Of a stretch of DNA of 64,000 bases, positions 59,275 to 64,000 are shown piece by piece; position 1 is the stretch's first letter, and each line of letters opens with the position of its first letter. The stretch spans positions 44,144,001 to 44,208,000 of the forward strand of contig OZ024747.1 in NCBI GenBank assembly GCA_964016885.1, given 5' to 3'. The DNA comes from Eledone cirrhosa. Its lineage: Eukaryota. A program made the translations under genes and the position numbers. The notes under the pieces are model-generated. The model saw only the letters and a list, made by a program, of their open reading frames with translations. It was not told the origin of the DNA and did not search any database.

Positions 59275-60825
59275 CTAGTGAGATTTTTGACGTGGGCAGA
59301 TAGCACGGGGCCCAAGACTTGAGTGTACATTAAAGGTAATGCCAACATCATTTGGGCAAAGCTGATGGAATATTTTCCACATCATGCAGATAATGTAGTG
59401 CTCACGGCGACGTTGGAGAGAATAAAGGTTGAGCTTTTCTAATCGACTCCAAAAGTCAAGGCCTGTCATGCCATCTATCTTTTTTGTAATTGACCTTTGG
59501 GGTGCTTCAACTTTCATGATACTTTGTTTTGTGTGGGGTGACCACTGTGGACAACAGTTTTCAAGGTGGGGTTGGGCAAAAGTGGAGAAGAGAAGGATAA
59601 CAGTGTGGATATCTCTCGACTGGAAAGTTCTGAGAATCCAGGAACATATTCTGCGGGCCATATCAACTTTGCTGTCTATATGAGTGGCCCAGCTTATGTT
59701 GTTGTCCACAATTACTCCCAGGTCTCTGATGTTATTGGATGCCACTAGAGTTTCACCCGAAGGAAGAGAGTATGGTAGTTTCAGGGCATTCTGAATTAAT
59801 TCAAACTTATCCTCATTCAGCAGCATATTATTCTTTTCTGCCCATTGGATAACAGCCAGTAGGTCTGACTGAAGGCAAGTCCGGTCACCCACCTCATTGA
59901 TGACCCTTTGGAGCTTGGAATCATCTGCGAAGATTCTTATGTTGCTGTGCTTGATGATGTCAGTGATGTCATTAATGTAGATGATGGAAAGAAGTGGGCC
60001 CAACAGAGTGCCTTGTGGGACGCCACTGCTGACTTTGGCAAAGCTTGATTTTACTCCTTCGACTACAACATGCTGGGTTCTGTCTGTCAGGAAGCATTTG
60101 ATCCACTGTAGAAACCTTCCAGAGGCACCAACATTGGATAGTTTTTTAATCTTATGATCAACCCTGTCAAAGGCCTTGCTGTAATCAAGGTAGATGACAT
60201 CAGTGTTTGAGCCCTCTCCCATGGCTCTCAAAACATCGTCAAAGTGATGCAGGAGCTGCGTTAGGCAGTCCCTTCCATTACGGAACCCATGTTGGTTGGA
60301 GTTCAGCAGGCTGTTGCTTTCAAGAAAGTGGGTTATTCGTGATCTCACGACCCTCTCAAATATCTTGATAATATAAGAGGTGAGTGGGATCGGACGGTAG
60401 TGGGACTTATTTCCCTTTTTGAAGACTGGGACAACGGACTGGGACAGAAAGCTTTCAGGAATATAGCCAGTGTCCAGTGAGTTCCTCCACAGATTAGCAA
60501 GAGGAGATACAAGTTGGTGTCGGCACACCTTCAGGACACAAGCAGGGAACCTGTCGGGTCCTACTGCTGAATTGTGTTTAATTTCGTTTATTGCCGCTAA
60601 GACATCAGGGGCGCCAAACGTTATGTCTGATATAGTGTGTTGGGGATTAACATCACTGATACAGCCCAGATCGGCCATATCAGGATTGCTGAAAACAGAG
60701 CAGTATTGTTTCTGCAGTATCTCGCCTATGGTTTTGGCATTATCTTGGAGTGTGCCATTTTCATCAACTAGAGGGCCAACAGTGGAGACAGTGACCTTGT
60801 GTTTTTTAGCAAATGAAAAGAACAC
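59275..60825 (-). pseudogene. LINE reverse transcriptase domain (516-aa open stretch of a disrupted ORF2)
   Basis: Full set of non-LTR RT motifs; separated from the APE part by frameshifts and stops. Confidence 0.92.
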
Positions 60826-61297
60826 TTTGGGGTTGAGTTTGATTTTCTCAATGGCCCACCTCTCTTCAGCTGTTCTCTAGTTATTGATGATGGTCTTCAT
60901 GCATTGTTGGAGGTTATATTTTTTTTTATTCGAGCAGGGCGATAACCGTCGAATGTGTGTGTTGCTGTTGGCAGTATTTTAGTGTGTTAATTTTTTTGTT
61001 TGTTCTTTTTATTTTTCTGATAATTGTTTTTTCTCTTTTGGTGGATAATGCACTTAGTTTTGTTCACAGGTTTTGGTGGGGTGCGTTTTGTACATATATT
61101 TGTGACAGTGTCTACAAAGATCTGCCAAATGATCTGCAAGATGTTTTGATGTTGGTGGAAATGTATGCGCGTGTAAAAGACCAGTCAACATGTGATAGTT
61201 CGTTCATAATTGCATCCCAGTTGGCATTGTAGAGATCCATGTTATCAAATGGGTGGGCTGGAAAGGGGTCCCTAGGATTAGCTTTCGGCTGGTGGAA

Positions 61298-62061
61298 TCA
61301 CAGGTTACAAAGAACCATGTCATGGTCTGAGAGAAGGGTTTTTTCCACTGTAATATTATGTATAGTATTAGTGTGGTTACTAAACACTAGATCCAGAATG
61401 TTCTTCTGATGCCTTGTTGGTGCAAGGACAAGTTGGGACAAGAAAGACTCATTTATGAAGTCAAGAAGTGACTCGAATGCTTCTTTGAGGTTGAGGTTGG
61501 GCTGCCTGGTTTCAAACTGCTTGTAGACCAATCGACACAGGGTAGATTAAAGTCTCCCATCAAAAATATGTTGCTAGAGTGGCACTGTTTAATAAAGCAT
61601 TTAATAGTGTTGAGGCATTCTTTGAAGCAAATTATGGGTGTTTGTGGTGGCCTATAGAGCCCAACTAATGTCAGGTCATTGGCTTTGTTGTGCACAGTGA
61701 CTGATTCACAGTAGCAATTGGAGAATGTTGTAATACCATCTGCTGTAAAGGAATCATGCAGGAAAATTGCAGTTCCACCCTTCTTTCTGCCAACACGATC
61801 CGCGCGGATGGTTGTGAAATTCCTCATTCTTACTTCGGCCTCCATGTGGGAGTTGTCAAGGTGGGTCTCAGTAAGAATGAAGAAGAGGATGTGAAATGGA
61901 TGGTTACCAACCCAATCCTCAATGAATTGGATCTTCCATTTCTGTTCATTGATGGATGGGCTGATACCTTGTGTATTGAGTAAAAATGTGGAGGCTAGTG
62001 TGGTGGCTGGTTTTGACTGTTGCAGGGGGCTTGTTTTGAGATTGTGTGTTAGTGACAGCAA
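61298..62061 (-). pseudogene. LINE APE endonuclease domain (frameshifted)
   Basis: ORFs 61453-62061 and 61298-61531 carry consecutive APE motifs. Confidence 0.88.
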
Positions 62062-62317
62062 GGATGGTGTTGGGTGATGGCTAAAATGTTTTCTGTATCT
62101 CTTTTGCCAGGTTCATGGCTAAAAAAGAAAAATGTTCTTGTTCATGGAGCAGTTTTTGATTGGATTTGTGGTTACACCATTGGATAGGGTTGAAGTTCCC
62201 TCTTTTATTGTCGTTGTTGCTGTACTTGTTGTTATTGTAATCGTGTCTTTGTGTAAAAACTGGAGCAGCATTACTTTTGTTGTTGTTGTTGTAATCGTGT
62301 CTTTGTATATATATATA

Positions 62318-62806
62318 GTTAGGGAAGCAGAAAATTGCTTATTGTAATCCAGTTCGTGGTTAAGAAAACCAGTTTCATGGACGGTTTCAACATACGGTTA
62401 GGGGTAACTCCACAAGTTTGTAAGAATCACGTTCAATCTTGGAGCATAAAGAATAAAAGAGAAAACACAGGTAAGCATTAAAAAAAGATTTTATCCAGGT
62501 ATTTACGACCGTTTCATTGGTAAGTGCAACCTTATATTGCTATACTGCAAATAGCAGCCACTTTAATAATAATTGTTGTTCACCTCCAAATTTTCAAAAT
62601 AATGAATAAGTTACTTTTTTATATATTAAGAATCTTTTACGAGTGACTTATTCATTATTTTGAAAATTTGGAGGTGAACAACAATTATTATTGAGTGGCT
62701 GTTATTTGCAGTATAGCAATATAAGGTTGCACTTACCAATGAAACGGTCGTAAATACCTGGATAAAATCCTTTTTTTAATGCTTACCTGTGTTTTCTCTT
62801 TTATTC

Positions 62807-62808
<2 letters not shown>
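62318..62808 (+). mobile_element. Family J tail plus palindrome with twin U3-A8 hammerheads 62500-62601(-) and 62656-62756(+)
   Basis: tatt-TTGAAAA-tttgg...ccaat-GAAAC-ggtc-GTA-aata; arms about 62451-62614 and 62642-62808. Confidence 0.75.
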
Positions 62809-62839
<31 letters not shown>

Positions 62840-62895
62840 TATGTATATATATATATACATATATTATATTATATATTATATTATATATATATATT

Positions 62896-62928
<33 letters not shown>

Positions 62929-62930
62929 AC

Positions 62931-62962
<32 letters not shown>

Positions 62963-62965
<3 letters not shown>

Positions 62966-63050
62966 GGCTGTCCTAAAAAATGTATACACACATTGATTGC
63001 AATATTTATTAGAATGGTGTTAAAGTGTGTATACATCTTTTGTGGACACC

Positions 63051-63053
<3 letters not shown>
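62963..63053. mobile_element. Tc1/mariner-type mini-MITE
   Basis: TA|CAGGCTGTCC ... GGACACCCTG TIRs. Confidence 0.65.
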
Positions 63054-63101
<48 letters not shown>

Positions 63102-63106
<5 letters not shown>

Positions 63107-63356
63107 ATACTTTGGGAGGCTCATGTTGCCAATAAGAAACACACGCACCAGTTGCTTTCACTCCAATTTATTATAAATTAAATTTATAAATTTAAGAATT
63201 TATAAATTTGCGGTTGGTTGGTTCCAAATTGGAGTGAAAGCAACTGGTGCGTGTGTTTCTTATTGGCAACATGACCCTCCCAAATTATAACAATATCGGT
63301 TTCAACAAACGTTTTCAGATAAAGAATCTTGCTAACTTGCTAAACAAATTCGGAAA

Positions 63357-63359
<3 letters not shown>
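63102..63359 (-). mobile_element. Family C pLTR end, inverted arm and complete tail
   Basis: 63102-63170 inverted at 63226-63293; tail 63294-63359 ends gctaaacaaattcggaaacga. Confidence 0.85.
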
Positions 63360-63430
<71 letters not shown>

Positions 63431-63526
63431 ATATATATATATATATATATTACACACTCTACTACCCTAAGTATTGAGTACTTTGGTGCGTTATGGTCCA
63501 CCTGGTTCCTTACCACATTTCCTTCG

Positions 63527-63987
<461 letters not shown>

Positions 63988-64000
63988 ATATAAAATCAAA

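Larger units (their letters stand above)
58962..62310 (-). mobile_element. CR1-type LINE, nearly complete ORF2 (APE plus RT), decayed
   Basis: APE motifs LNTQGI, LTETHL, GLYRPP, MGDFNLP, NILDLVF; RT motifs QHGFR, YLDYSKAFD, GVPQG, FADD; short tandem 3' tail. Confidence 0.92.

Overview
Very AT-rich, microsatellite-saturated animal DNA with a 200-N gap at 23100-23299. The SINE and (TA)n content suggest a mollusc, probably an octopus (inference). Most ORFs in the track ([12 protein letters not shown]) are microsatellite artefacts. Real coding sequence is almost all retroelement: two Penelope-like elements (PLEs; RT + Cys linker + GIY-YIG; ORF 31929-34151 is uninterrupted but 5'-truncated, 13379-14995 is frameshifted), CR1-type and RTE LINEs, and a CRE-type fragment. 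Main observation: the short non-repeat islands inside the (TA)n tracts share one architecture, (TA)n-tail-inverted arm-body-(TA)n. They carry about 25 minimal type-I hammerhead ribozyme motifs from about a dozen unrelated families, two of them with a compensatory U3-A8 core. They look like a dense population of (TA)n-targeting PLE-derived or retrozyme-like insertions. Also seen: fold-back duplications centred on (TA)n, a probable host exon split by a CRE insertion with a 5-bp TSD within a likely pseudogene, and an E2F/CCAAT/E-box promoter-like island. All folds and alignments were read by eye.
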